A DNA stretch of 63,812 bases, the filler included, from NCBI GenBank assembly GCA_964501035.1. It is 4 parts of 4 records of this genome, joined end to end, with 100 filler letters (N's around TTAATTAATTAA, not from the genome) between each part and the next. Parts side by side here need not be neighbours in the genome. Positions count along the whole stretch, not along the records: positions 35,540 to 52,788 come from CAZCRK010000033.1; positions 52,889 to 63,812 come from CAZCRK010000055.1; 2 more parts are not named here. One strand, given 5' to 3'. The translations under genes and the position numbers were made by a program. The notes below the pieces were generated by a model that did no database searches, had not been told where the DNA came from, and saw nothing but the letters and a program-made list of their open reading frames with translations. Of the stretch, positions 51,114 to 62,200 are shown one piece after another (the stretch's first letter is position 1; each line of letters opens with the position of its first letter).

Positions 51114-52547
51114 ATGAAAAAAATAAATATAATGATATTTATCCTTACTTCGTTTTTACTCTCACAAGACGTTGCAGGAAATTATAAACTATCAGGTATT
51201 AATGCAACCTATCACGATATTGCCAGACAAACTGTACCTTTACTTGTAAGCGATATCTATGGACAGGATATCCAAATTTCCATTGGTGCAATCAATCAGG
51301 GTGATATTTTCAGTTCTACATACAACGGCCCCCATGGTGAGATGTATCTTACGCTAGCAGGTGTGAATCTAAACATAAATTTGTATGATGATGGCACAGG
51401 TCATATTGCCGAAGGTAGTTATTATCCGATGGTTGAGTTTAATGGAGACTGCTATTCAAATTTAAATATTTTACCCATAACGGATAATCTCATATATTCT
51501 TCAAATTTGAATGCAGGTTTATCTTGGCCAACGATGAATGTTATTGGTTTACCTTCACACAATCCCTATGCTTTTGATGAAAGCACATTTGGAAATGTGG
51601 GGTCATTTTCGCTTACTCAATCAGTTGTTTTTGATTTTTTTCCAGCGATACCTACGCAAACATCTATTCCCTTTCCGATTAATTTTGAAAGTAGCCAATA
51701 CCCAGAATATAGTTTTATTCCACCTGGATATACCCTACCAGGAGTTGTGGGCGGATTTGTCATAAAAGGGGATGCAAACGAGAGTGTTTTGGGTGATGAT
51801 TTTGATGGTGATGGGATTCAAGAACCCAATACTCCGTGGGATATTACTCTAGAATGGCATGCCATTGATGGATTGATTTCTGAGAGTGGATTGGGTAATT
51901 TTATAGGTGAAGATGAAGATGGTGATGGCACCGATTTTGATGCTATTTTTGGCTTACCGTTTATTTCTGCAGTATTTGTAAATCCCAGCCCAGATTGTGG
52001 TGGACTAAATTACCCCATTTATGGTGATGCATCCATTCTACCTCTTTTATCCGAAATCAATATTCATGCAGATTGCATTGATACTGAAGATGGATTAGCC
52101 AATGATGGTTATGTTATGGATGCATCTTTGGAAAATTGGGGATACTTTTTGACCTATAATGCATCCCAGTTTCAAAATTGTTTAGCCGAAAATGGGGGAG
52201 ACCCAACCCCATGCTTAGGTTTTATGGTAGATGATAGTGACCATGATTTTAATGGTACCGATGGTAAATTGGTGATGCGTTTTACTCCAACCTGTATTCC
52301 GAAATTTAATGTACGACAACTCACAACTGAATTTTATGAAATTGGATCAGAAGCATGTAACCATGAAGGGGATGTAAACTCTGATACGATTGTAAATGTT
52401 TTGGATATTGTCTTGGTTGTTGGTGAAATTATTGGTAGTAATGATCCCTTATCGGGTTCCGCATTTTGTCAAGCCGATGTTAATGCAGATTCAATTATCA
52501 ATGTGCTTGATATAGTAGCACTTGTAAATCAAATCATTGGGAATTAA
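51114..52547 (+). CDS. Secreted protein of unknown function with C-terminal dockerin-like domain
   Basis: Signal peptide; DxDGDG loops; paired cysteines; GDVNSDTIVNVLDIV...ADVNADSIINVLDIV. Confidence 0.8.
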   Translation: MKKINIMIFILTSFLLSQDVAGNYKLSGINATYHDIARQTVPLLVSDIYGQDIQISIGAINQGDIFSSTYNGPHGEMYLTLAGVNLNINLYDDGTGHIAEGSYYPMVEFNGDCYSNLNILPITDNLIYSSNLNAGLSWPTMNVIGLPSHNPYAFDESTFGNVGSFSLTQSVVFDFFPAIPTQTSIPFPINFESSQYPEYSFIPPGYTLPGVVGGFVIKGDANESVLGDDFDGDGIQEPNTPWDITLEWHAIDGLISESGLGNFIGEDEDGDGTDFDAIFGLPFISAVFVNPSPDCGGLNYPIYGDASILPLLSEINIHADCIDTEDGLANDGYVMDASLENWGYFLTYNASQFQNCLAENGGDPTPCLGFMVDDSDHDFNGTDGKLVMRFTPTCIPKFNVRQLTTEFYEIGSEACNHEGDVNSDTIVNVLDIVLVVGEIIGSNDPLSGSAFCQADVNADSIINVLDIVALVNQIIGN

Positions 52548-52788
52548 GTTTGAAGGGTGAAGTTTGAAGTTTGAAATGAGATATAGCCCCACTTTTAACT
52601 ATATAAACGTTTCAATTTATAGACTTTCAACTTCCTTTTCCATCTTTCAAACTTCTTTTCTCGAACTTAGAGATTTTACTTTAAACTTTTCCCCCTTCAC
52701 CCTTTCAACTTCCTTTTCCCCTTTCACCCTTTTAACTTCCTTTTCCCCTTTCACCCTTTTAACTTCCTTTTCCCCTTTCACCCTTTTA
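52546..52788. repeat. Second copy of the heptamer element, ending in a 27-bp tandem repeat at the contig end
   Basis: AAGTTTGAAGGGTGAAG at 52546; TTCACCCTTT(C/T)AACTTCCTTTTCCCCT at least three times from ~52696. Confidence 0.8.
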
Positions 52789-52888
52789 NNNNNNNNNNNN
52801 NNNNNNNNNNNNNNNNNNNNNNNNNNNNNNNNTTAATTAATTAANNNNNNNNNNNNNNNNNNNNNNNNNNNNNNNNNNNNNNNNNNNN
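52789..52888. other. Artificial contig-join linker
   Basis: Ns flanking TTAATTAATTAA. Confidence 0.95.
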
Positions 52889-53061
52889 TGGTATGGGCTC
52901 AACAAATATTAGACCCAAGTCAAACGGTGATAATTTTTACACTCGAACCACTTTTTGCATCATTATTTGCATTGATAGTTGTGGGTGAAGTTTTAGGATT
53001 TAATGGGTGGATTGGTGGAATTTTAATTATTATTGGAGTTCTAGTTGGGGAAAAAGATTGA
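52889..53061 (+). CDS. 3' end of a DMT/EamA-family transporter (5'-truncated)
   Basis: VWAQQILDPSQTVIIFTLEPLFASLFALIVVGEVLGFNGWIGGILIIIGVLVGEKD*. Confidence 0.8.
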
Positions 53062-53062
53062 T

Positions 53063-54169
53063 TTACAAATACCTATAATTTTTAAATCCCCACATTAGTT
53101 CTTCAACCACTACTTTTATAATCGCAACAACAGGCACTACAAAAAGCATCCCAATTGGGCCGGCTATAGAACCACCAACCATGATTAGAATAATGACCAG
53201 CATTGGGTGTAAACCTACACTACCTGACATGATTATAGGCGAGACTAAAATATTATCTAACAATTGTACAATTCCAAAGGAACTCATAATCAAGAGAACA
53301 TGTAAAAATGATAATCCAGTGGGTTGATCAGAGATCAAATAAATTATTATTGCAGGAATCATTCCCATAATAGGTCCAATAAATGGAATCAAATTACTCG
53401 CACCAGCAATGCACCCAATAATAATGGTATATGGAATGTAGATACCTGTTATCCATTGTAAAAGATATAAACCAATGATGGACAAAATTCCCACAGAAAA
53501 TGCTGCAAGCAATTGTCCCCGAATGTATGCCCCAATCTGATGTGAAATTCTATCTAATATTTTCAGGGTCATTTCAAAATATCGATTGGGTATTGCTCCA
53601 ATAAACATTTTCTTAAAAAGTTGCCCATCCAGAAGTAAGAAAAAGGTGAAAACCAGTATAAAAATTGTGGACAAAATAAGTGATCCAACAGCCAAAACTA
53701 ATGTACCAGCATGAGAAATTGTAGATTGAACATCATTTAAAATTATTTGCCATAGACTACTAAATGCTTCATCGAATGAATGTAACATATTTTGTATTGT
53801 GCCATACATAGATACAGGTAAAATTGATTTTGCAAGCGTTTCAATTTTTTCTATTAAACTATGAAATGTTTCCATGGAAAATAGGGTGGACATTGCAATT
53901 GCTTCATCATACAAAATAGGCCAAATAGATTTAACTAAAATGACTAATCCGATTACAAAAAGTGAAAAGACAATTCCGATACTTAATAATCTATTATGTA
54001 ATAATCGTTCAATTTTATTTACAATTGGATTCAAAATTATCATAATGAGAAAAGCCAATACAATTTTGAACAAAATTGGAGATGTATAATCCCACAAACT
54101 TACAATGAGAATTAAGGGTACAGTCCAAAATAGATTCCGAATGATAAAAGATAGGGGGGAGTTTTTCAC
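53063..54169 (-). CDS. AI-2E family transporter
   Basis: YIRGQ, NLIPFIGP, VQLLDNILVSPIIM, GLHP, GPIGMLFVVP. Confidence 0.9.
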   Translation of the reverse strand: MKNSPLSFIIRNLFWTVPLILIVSLWDYTSPILFKIVLAFLIMIILNPIVNKIERLLHNRLLSIGIVFSLFVIGLVILVKSIWPILYDEAIAMSTLFSMETFHSLIEKIETLAKSILPVSMYGTIQNMLHSFDEAFSSLWQIILNDVQSTISHAGTLVLAVGSLILSTIFILVFTFFLLLDGQLFKKMFIGAIPNRYFEMTLKILDRISHQIGAYIRGQLLAAFSVGILSIIGLYLLQWITGIYIPYTIIIGCIAGASNLIPFIGPIMGMIPAIIIYLISDQPTGLSFLHVLLIMSSFGIVQLLDNILVSPIIMSGSVGLHPMLVIILIMVGGSIAGPIGMLFVVPVVAIIKVVVEELMWGFKNYRYL

Positions 54170-54672
54170 ACGACATCCATTTTAGCTGAGTTTTCTAATA
54201 ATTCGTTTGCTTTTTTCAAACGTGAACCTAACGTTTTCGCCAAGTTTAGTAAAATGTGATTACCCAAAGATGGTTTTCGAGTTATGATATCCATCAATTC
54301 AGTTCGAAAAAATGCAATGAGGTGGCAATCGTTTTGAGCAATTGCACTTGCCGAACGGTTATCTTCACTCACCAACGATATTTCCCCAAAAAAATCACCG
54401 GTTGAAAGTTCTGCATAAACTGATGATTTGGCATCATCATTAATTATATTCACATTTCCTTTTAAAATGATATACATGCCCAAACCGGGTGTATTTTCTT
54501 TAAAAATTATTTCATCCTTTTCATAGGTTCTATGATGGACAATATGTTCAATAGTTTTAAAATCATTGTTTTCTAATCCTTTAAACACAGGCACTTGTTT
54601 GAGTGCAAGAATCGTATCCGATTCAGAATTCTGTTTATTTTTGAAAATATTTTCCCATAATGTATTTTTCAT
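54166..54672 (-). CDS. Cyclic-nucleotide-binding domain protein
   Basis: MYIILKGNV, GDFFGEISL, RSASAIA. Confidence 0.88.
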   Translation of the reverse strand: MKNTLWENIFKNKQNSESDTILALKQVPVFKGLENNDFKTIEHIVHHRTYEKDEIIFKENTPGLGMYIILKGNVNIINDDAKSSVYAELSTGDFFGEISLVSEDNRSASAIAQNDCHLIAFFRTELMDIITRKPSLGNHILLNLAKTLGSRLKKANELLENSAKMDVV

Positions 54673-54767
54673 AGATTAATTCCTGTTTAATCAGTCGATA
54701 AATTCAATAATTATTTGCATCATAAACAAGGAAAATAAAATTTATAAGCAAGACGCTAATTTTTTGT

Positions 54768-54796
54768 TTGAACATGTTTTCTTACAGTTGTAATAT
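54768..54796 (+). promoter_or_regulatory. lexA promoter candidate with overlapping SOS-box-like site
   Basis: TTGAAC, 17 bp, TAATAT; GAAC-ATGT-TTTC (54770-54781) overlaps the -35. Confidence 0.45.
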
Positions 54797-54823
54797 ACTT
54801 ACGAGCAACATACGGGGTATATT

Positions 54824-55426
54824 ATGCAACTAGGATTATCGCCAAAAAAACAACGATTTGTAGATTTTATACGAGACTTTACAAAGAGAAATGAAAGGCC
54901 ACCAACCTTTGTAGAGATTATGGATGGCTTACATTTTCGATCGCTGGGTACGGTAAATTGGTATGTTCAAGAATTAGAAAAAGAAGGTGTTATTTGTAGG
55001 GAAAAAGGATATAATGGTAAACGTGCCCTCTCTGTTTTTGAAAAGAAAATGAATAATACACTTCCACTTCTTGGTTTAATTGCTGCAGGCCACCCACTAG
55101 ACGTATTTGAAAATACTGATCAAATAGAAGTACCACCTTCGTACGCAAATTCGAGCAATTATGTATTAAGAGTAAATGGTGAATCTATGAAAGATGATGG
55201 TATTTTAGATGGAGACCATGTTATTATCAAGAAAACCGAAATAGCAAATTCAGGCGATACCATTGTAGCTTATGTAAATGATGAAGCCACCTTAAAACAA
55301 TATATTCCTAAAAAGAACCATATTGAACTCCACCCAAAGAATCCACAGTTTAAACCAATTAAAGTAGATAAAAATGATGATTTTAGAATCGGTGGAATAG
55401 TTTTAGCTGTATTTCGAAGTTTTTAA
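54824..55426 (+). CDS. lexA: SOS repressor LexA
   Basis: N-terminal wHTH (PPTFVEI), IAAG cleavage site, VNGESM catalytic Ser, EATLK catalytic Lys. Confidence 0.92.
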   Translation: MQLGLSPKKQRFVDFIRDFTKRNERPPTFVEIMDGLHFRSLGTVNWYVQELEKEGVICREKGYNGKRALSVFEKKMNNTLPLLGLIAAGHPLDVFENTDQIEVPPSYANSSNYVLRVNGESMKDDGILDGDHVIIKKTEIANSGDTIVAYVNDEATLKQYIPKKNHIELHPKNPQFKPIKVDKNDDFRIGGIVLAVFRSF

Positions 55427-55583
55427 TTTCTTTTCTTATGTAGTCCTCTTTTATTGATGTCGCAGGTTGTTTAACTGTCTGCAATTTTCTTTCTTCTCTC
55501 TTTAAACTTCTTGAATTAGAATGTTTAATGTGGAAATTGTTTAATAATTGGGTGTAATATCTATGACATAATTTGAGGGAATA

Positions 55584-56132
55584 ATGAAAAAGTTAGCAAT
55601 TTTTATCGTATCACTTTTGGTAATTACACTGATTGGATGCCAGAATGAAACTAAAGTCCAAACTAAAATTGAGACAAGTCAACTCAAACGAGTGGGCGGT
55701 CCAATTACAACTTCAAATGAATCAAACATATCTTCAAATGAGTTAGGTATAGAATCTATTACTGAGTTAAAAGATGGGTCATACGAGATTAATGTATATG
55801 CTCTCAACATTGACCCAATTGCAGGCATTCAATTTGAATTGATACCCAACAACATTTTTGAAATTAAGGAAATTTATGGTGGTAGGTGTGACAAATCTGG
55901 ATTTATGTTAAAATCGAATGAAAGAGGTGTTATGCTTGGATTTTCAATGCAGGGAAACATAGTAGAACCCTCTAATAATTCAACAAAGAGTAGTAACTTG
56001 TTGTTTTCTTTAAAAGCAAATTTAATTTCAACTAAATCACAAGAGACCTTATCACTTGCCCCTGTGTTAGCAGGGCAAAAAGGTAAAACATTATCTGTAG
56101 ATTCCGTTCCATATACATGGATAAAAGGATAA
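55584..56132 (+). CDS. Lipoprotein with a single cohesin-like module
   Basis: Lipobox LIGC; IAGIQFEL...GG...SGF...SN...MLGFSMQGNIV aligns by eye with module 1 of the downstream giant ORF (IGGFQFIL...GG...ASF...SN...ILGFSMTGDVI). Confidence 0.7.
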   Translation: MKKLAIFIVSLLVITLIGCQNETKVQTKIETSQLKRVGGPITTSNESNISSNELGIESITELKDGSYEINVYALNIDPIAGIQFELIPNNIFEIKEIYGGRCDKSGFMLKSNERGVMLGFSMQGNIVEPSNNSTKSSNLLFSLKANLISTKSQETLSLAPVLAGQKGKTLSVDSVPYTWIKG

Positions 56133-56218
56133 TGTATCAGTTTGTAATTTTTAATATTTAAATGCATGAACTTGTTTAAATTTATTTCTAATTGTTTAAT
56201 CTAAAAGTGGAGAAAAAA

Positions 56219-59200
56219 ATGAAATCAATAATCAAATTAACCCTAATTACAATATTATCAATTGGTTGGATGTCCGCCCAAGATGTTACATTAAGTATAT
56301 CTGATGTGGTGGACAATACAGCTAGTATTTACATTGAAAGTACAGAAGATATTGGAGGTTTTCAGTTTATATTAGATGATAATCCTAATATTCTTTCTGC
56401 AACAGGTGCATCGGGTGGATTGTCTGCAGATGCTTCATTTACAATTAGTTCAAATGTTGATGGCTTAATCCTTGGCTTTAGTATGACGGGTGATGTCATT
56501 CCAGCTGGTTCTGGCAATTTAATTAATGTTTCATTTGATATGGATGGTGATTATACTGTTTTAGAAATTATTGATCCTATTATTGCCGATGCATTAGGGA
56601 ATACCCTAGAAACTGAAACAGGACCTCCCTTTATAATTGGTACTCCACCAGATCCAGAAATTACTTTGCATTCCCCTACTGATGGTGAATTGATATATGG
56701 AAATACGATTGACGTTTCTGTTTCTGCCAATTATTATAATGATGGTGATCACTATCATGTATACTTAGATGGTGCTTCCTTAGGAATGTTTTACAGTAAT
56801 TCTTTTTCATTTGAAGCAGAATACGGTGAACATTCACTTCAAGTAATAATTGCTGATGCTTCTCATATTGAGTATAGTGACCCTGCATCGTCGGTTACCA
56901 TTACATTTACAAATGACGAAGAACCCCCTATAGAAGGAATTGCGTTGTATATTGGTGATTTAGTTTTGGATGCTGGTAATTCAGGTGAACTTGATGTTTC
57001 CCTTACAAATTCAGAGGATATCATAGGGGGCTTTCAGTTAAAATTAATTGATTGGCCAAATAGTGGTGATTTTGTAAATGTAACCACAACCGAACGAACA
57101 ACTCAATTTTCCACGAGTTTCAATGAACAACCTGACGGATCTGTCATAATTGTTGGATTTGATATGACGGGTCAAGGAATTGCTACTGGAGAAGGTGCAA
57201 TATTATCGTTAACCTATGAATCCACAAGTATCTACTCTGCAGATGTTGAACTTTATTTAGATGAAAATCAATCTATTTTGTCAGATAGTTTTGGGACTCC
57301 ACTTGAATTTACACAAGTACCCGGTATGATTACAGTAAATGGTGAAACACCACCACCATTATTTGCTCCAGAAAATCTATCTGTAGTAGGTGGCTTCCAA
57401 ATGACAAATTTAGAATGGAGCCATCCTGATCCTACCTCTGTTGTGGGATATTACATTTTTAGAGATGGTGACTTAGTTGGGGATGTATCAACAACTAACT
57501 ATGCAGATGTTGGATTAGAAAATGAAGTAGAATACTGCTACACAGTAAGTGCATATAACGATATGGTTCAATCAGATGAATCCAATTCTGCATGTGCGAC
57601 TACTGAAGCTCAATATTTCGAAGAACCTCAAAATTTAACTGCTACAGAAAATGGTTTAGAGGTATTTTTAGATTGGCAAACGCCACCAAGTGCTATAGGT
57701 GTTGGGGATGATTGCGATTTAGAAGATGGAAGTGCTGGATATATAGATTGTTCTGGTGTTTGCTTTGCAACTGGTTTAGCTGATTCATGGATTGGCGATG
57801 GTTTTTGTGATGGAACTGCAGCTGATTATGGTGTTAATTTTTCATGCCCCGAATGGGATTGTGATGGATGTGATTGTGCCGGATTAGGTCAAAATAGTGA
57901 TGAATGCATAGAAGTATGTGGTTCAATACAAAATAATCACGACCATGGTGATGAAACTAAGGAAATGGCAGTAGGCACATATCCTGTTCAAAGTAGAGAC
58001 CTTGAAGGATATGAAATTTATAGAGATAACCAACTTCTCGATTATACAACAGATACAGAATATACAGATTCGGATGGATTGAGTTATGTTACTGAATTTT
58101 GCTATAACGTTACTGCAGTGTATGATGAAGGCACGTCAGGATTTTCCAATACTGCATGTGCAACTCCTCAATTAGAAGGTCCGTTTGGATTATCTGCTAT
58201 GGGCACAGGTAGTTTTATAACGTTAAATTGGAACCCTACCCTAGAAAATGATCAATCATATTTTAATATTTATCGCGATGATGAATTATTAACGACATCA
58301 ACTGAACCGTTTTATGAAGACTTTGATACAGAATTAGGTGTTGAATATTGTTATTTCGTTAAAGCATACTACGATGGTATTGGAGAATCTCCGTCAACAA
58401 ACACCTCTTGCACTAGTTGGAATATCTATCCACCATCTGATATATCTGCAACCGCTGGTGATGGTTTTGTTGATTTAGCATGGGATGAACCCGTTGGTGG
58501 TGAAGAGGTTAGTTTTCAATATGATGATGGAGTACTAGCAAATGCATTTTATTTTTTTGACACCTATGAATTAGGGTATGCTCACGGTATTCGTTTTGAT
58601 GTGGGTACTGAATTTGATATACTATCCGCTTCAGTAAAAATTTTATCAGAAGGTGATGAATATTGGCCATGGCCCGATGCTACTCATGGACCAGTAAGAA
58701 TTTTAATATTTGATGATAATAATGGTATTCCTGGTAATGTTTTACACGAGGAAGAAGCAGTTGCAAGTGATGGATGGGCGACGATTCAACCCAATATCAA
58801 TGGTTTAAGTGGTTCGTTTCATGTAATTGTTACACATGCTGATGGCTGGGCTGACCCTGAAGGGTTTGGTGTAGATGGATTTGTAGATTTTCCAGATAAT
58901 ATGATGACTCTAAATGGTGATGGCAACTGGTATTCTGGTGATATTTTGGGATACGGTGGTGATTATATGATGGCATCTCAAGTTCTTGCATATGGATCTG
59001 TTGGTGTTGTTGAGTTAAACAACACTCTACCAACCCTATCAGCAAGTGATAACTCTGCAACTCATTCAGTTCATGATGGATCTTTGACAGGTCAACATAG
59101 TATTGAATCCCATCCGTTTTATATAAACGCGGAAAATTCTAGAGAATTACTATCATTCGATATTTTCAGAGATGGTGAGTTTATTGTTAACATTGCGTCA

Positions 59201-62200
59201 GATATATTTGAATATCATGATGCCCCGCTTACCAATATGACAGAGTATTGCTATACATTAGTTTCCAATTATGATGAAGGAACCTCAGAAACATCAGATC
59301 CTGTTTGTGCAACTCCAAATCCTGGACCACCAGCATCAGATTTGATTGCTACCGATTTGGGTGGTACAATAGGTCTTGAATGGACAAATGCACCTAGTCT
59401 TGAATTATTAGACTACCAAATTTATCGAGATGGTGAAAATATTGGAAGCACAACAGAAACATCATTCATTGATTCTGGAGATATTATTGCAGGTATTGAA
59501 TATTGTTACGAAGTACGAGCGAATTATCCATCAGGAGAAACATTTCCAACCAATACTGCGTGTGCAATTTATGTATTAGATCCACCAATTGGAGTTATGG
59601 CTTCAGGAGATAATGATGCACAAAATATTACAATTACATGGTCTGCACCGGGTACAGAAGGGTCTGGGGAAACCATTGAAGATCCATTATTTGTCTCTGG
59701 AGTTCCATTTGAAACCTTTGGAACCACATTAGGTTTTGTGGATGATTACGATGAAGAGTGTCCTTATACTGGAAGTACATCTCCAGATGTAGTGTATATG
59801 TGGTCAGCAACACCTGGAAATTACAATTTAGATATTTGTGATTCAGATTATGATACTAAAATTTATCTATATGATGAAAACCAAACAAATCTCGGATGTG
59901 TAGATGATTCATGTAATGACCCTGCTGGAAATCCGTTTAGATCAAACCTAAATGTATCTATAACTGAAACCGGAACATATTATGTTGTTGTCGATGGGTA
60001 TGGTGGAGATGCAGGAAATTACCATTTAACAATCGAAGAAGGATTTTTTATTTCTGAACATAGTGATACTCAACCCCTAAAAGATGGTAGTAATATGGTT
60101 GAATATGTTAATCCTAATCCATCAATAGATGATAATATTCTTACGCGTGATTTACTCGTATATAGGGTATATAGAGATGATGAATTGCTTGCAGAAGTTG
60201 ATACAGAAACGTTTGAATATGTCGATGAAACATCTGAACATGATATTGTATATTGCTACACAGTAAAAGCTGTTTATGATGATGGGGAATCGATTAATTC
60301 TAATGTATCATGTACTGAATGGATTTTACCGCCTGTGACCGATTTTGAAGCTGTAGGTACAAATGGACAAATAGAGTTATCATGGGTGTCCCAATCTGTT
60401 AATACTTCATCGTTCACAATATTAAAAGATGGAACAGAATTAGCAGTTGTAACCGATACTTTTTACAATGACAGTGCTACGACACCGGGAACAGAATATT
60501 GTTATTCAGTTACTGCAAACTATGATATTGGTGATTCTGACCCTTCTGAAGAAGAATGTACAATGTGGGAAACATTACCCCCTGCTGATGTTACTGCAGT
60601 GGGTGCTGACGGAGTAGTTCACCTTGAATGGACGGACCCTCCTGAAGGTGGGACTGGAGGAATTGGTGATGAATGTTTAACTGAAACTGGCACACCTGGT
60701 TTCATAGACTGTATGGGCTTATGTTTTGACGCAGGCTTACTCGGATGGCTAGGTGATGGATTATGTGATGATGGTTCTTGGGGCGTTTATTTTGATTGTG
60801 ATGAATGGAATTGGGATGATGGCGACTGTGTTCCGGGTGTAATGGAATATAATCATGATTTAAATGCTAAATCTTACGTTGAATCTAGTCATCCTCAATC
60901 ACCAATATCTCGTTCTCTTGTTGGGTTTGATATTTATAGAGATAATCAATCCATTGCTTCTGTTGATGCAAACACGTATGAATATGATGATCTCGATGTT
61001 CAAAATCTTACAAACTATTGTTACACCATTGTTGGTGTATATGAAGAGGGAGAATCAGAACATTCAGAGGAAGCATGTGCTACGCCCATACCTGGAATTG
61101 CTCCAACCAACTTATTTGCTATTGGAGAATCTGGAAATATAAACCTTGAATGGGTCGCTGGTTCTTTAGACGTAATTGAATATATAGTGTACAGAGATGG
61201 AGTACAATTGGCAACCACCAATGATAATATATACACAGATACAGAGGCAGAACACGATGTTGAATATTGCTATACCGTTTCAGCAATGTATCCTTCTGGT
61301 GAATCATTACCAACAAATGAAGCATGTGCAATGTGGGTATTGGCGGCACCATTATCGGTATCTGCAGTAGGTGGAAATGGATTTGTGCAATTAGATTGGA
61401 CAGAACCAGGTGTTAGTGTTTGTGCAGATGAAGTGATTCCATCCCTACCGTTTACAGCACTCGGATCAAATGTAGGAACAGGTAATGATTGGTTGGTGCA
61501 AGGTTCTGAAGGTGAAGATTATGCATATTTGCTAAATGTTTCTTCTCCAATTACAATAACGGTATCATTATGTAGTCCGAATACAATGTATGATACAAAG
61601 CTTGAGATTTTTACTGCAGATCAAGAATGCAATGAAACAAGTACGGGTTATTATATAGATGATTTCACATGCAATGATTCCCCAGTAAGTAGTTTGGCTT
61701 CAACACTTGAAAATGTAAGCTTAGAACCAGGGCAATATTACATTGTGGTTGATGGGTTTGGTGGAGGAACTGGAGATTTTGAAATTTCAGTAACTCAAAC
61801 TGGGCTAACGTCATCTACACCAAATGATATTCATGAATCGATTGCATTGGAATCTGAAAAATCTGAAACTGAAATACCATTTGAAGATTGGTTGATAGCA
61901 GATGGCTCTCAAAATATAAATGAATCTAGAAACCTGACTGGCTTTGATATTTACAGAGATGATACATTTATTACATCGGTTGAACCAAACGTATATTCTT
62001 ACACCGATTTAGGTTTAGAAAATGGTACTGAGTATTGCTATTTCATAATTGCAACATATGATGAAGGTGATTCTCAACCTACTCCAGAGGTTTGTGCGTC
62101 ACCTGATGCCGGACCAATGTGTCCACCAGAACATCTAACAGTTATAGGTGAAAATGGTGCCACTGAAATCCATTTAGACTGGGATGCACCAGACCCTCTT

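Noticed and set aside
52690..52788. 27-bp repeats as a possible CRISPR array
   Set aside because: Units are head-to-tail with no unique spacers, and no cas genes are nearby
52564..52836. ORF with FSPFTLLTS repeats, and ORFs at 50654 and 50808
   Set aside because: Translations of the DNA repeat and of N gaps; no coding evidence
55522..56199. Paired TGTTTAA motifs upstream of both the cohesin lipoprotein and the scaffoldin
   Set aside because: Spacing differs (16 vs 20 bp) and the 7-mer is common in this AT-rich DNA
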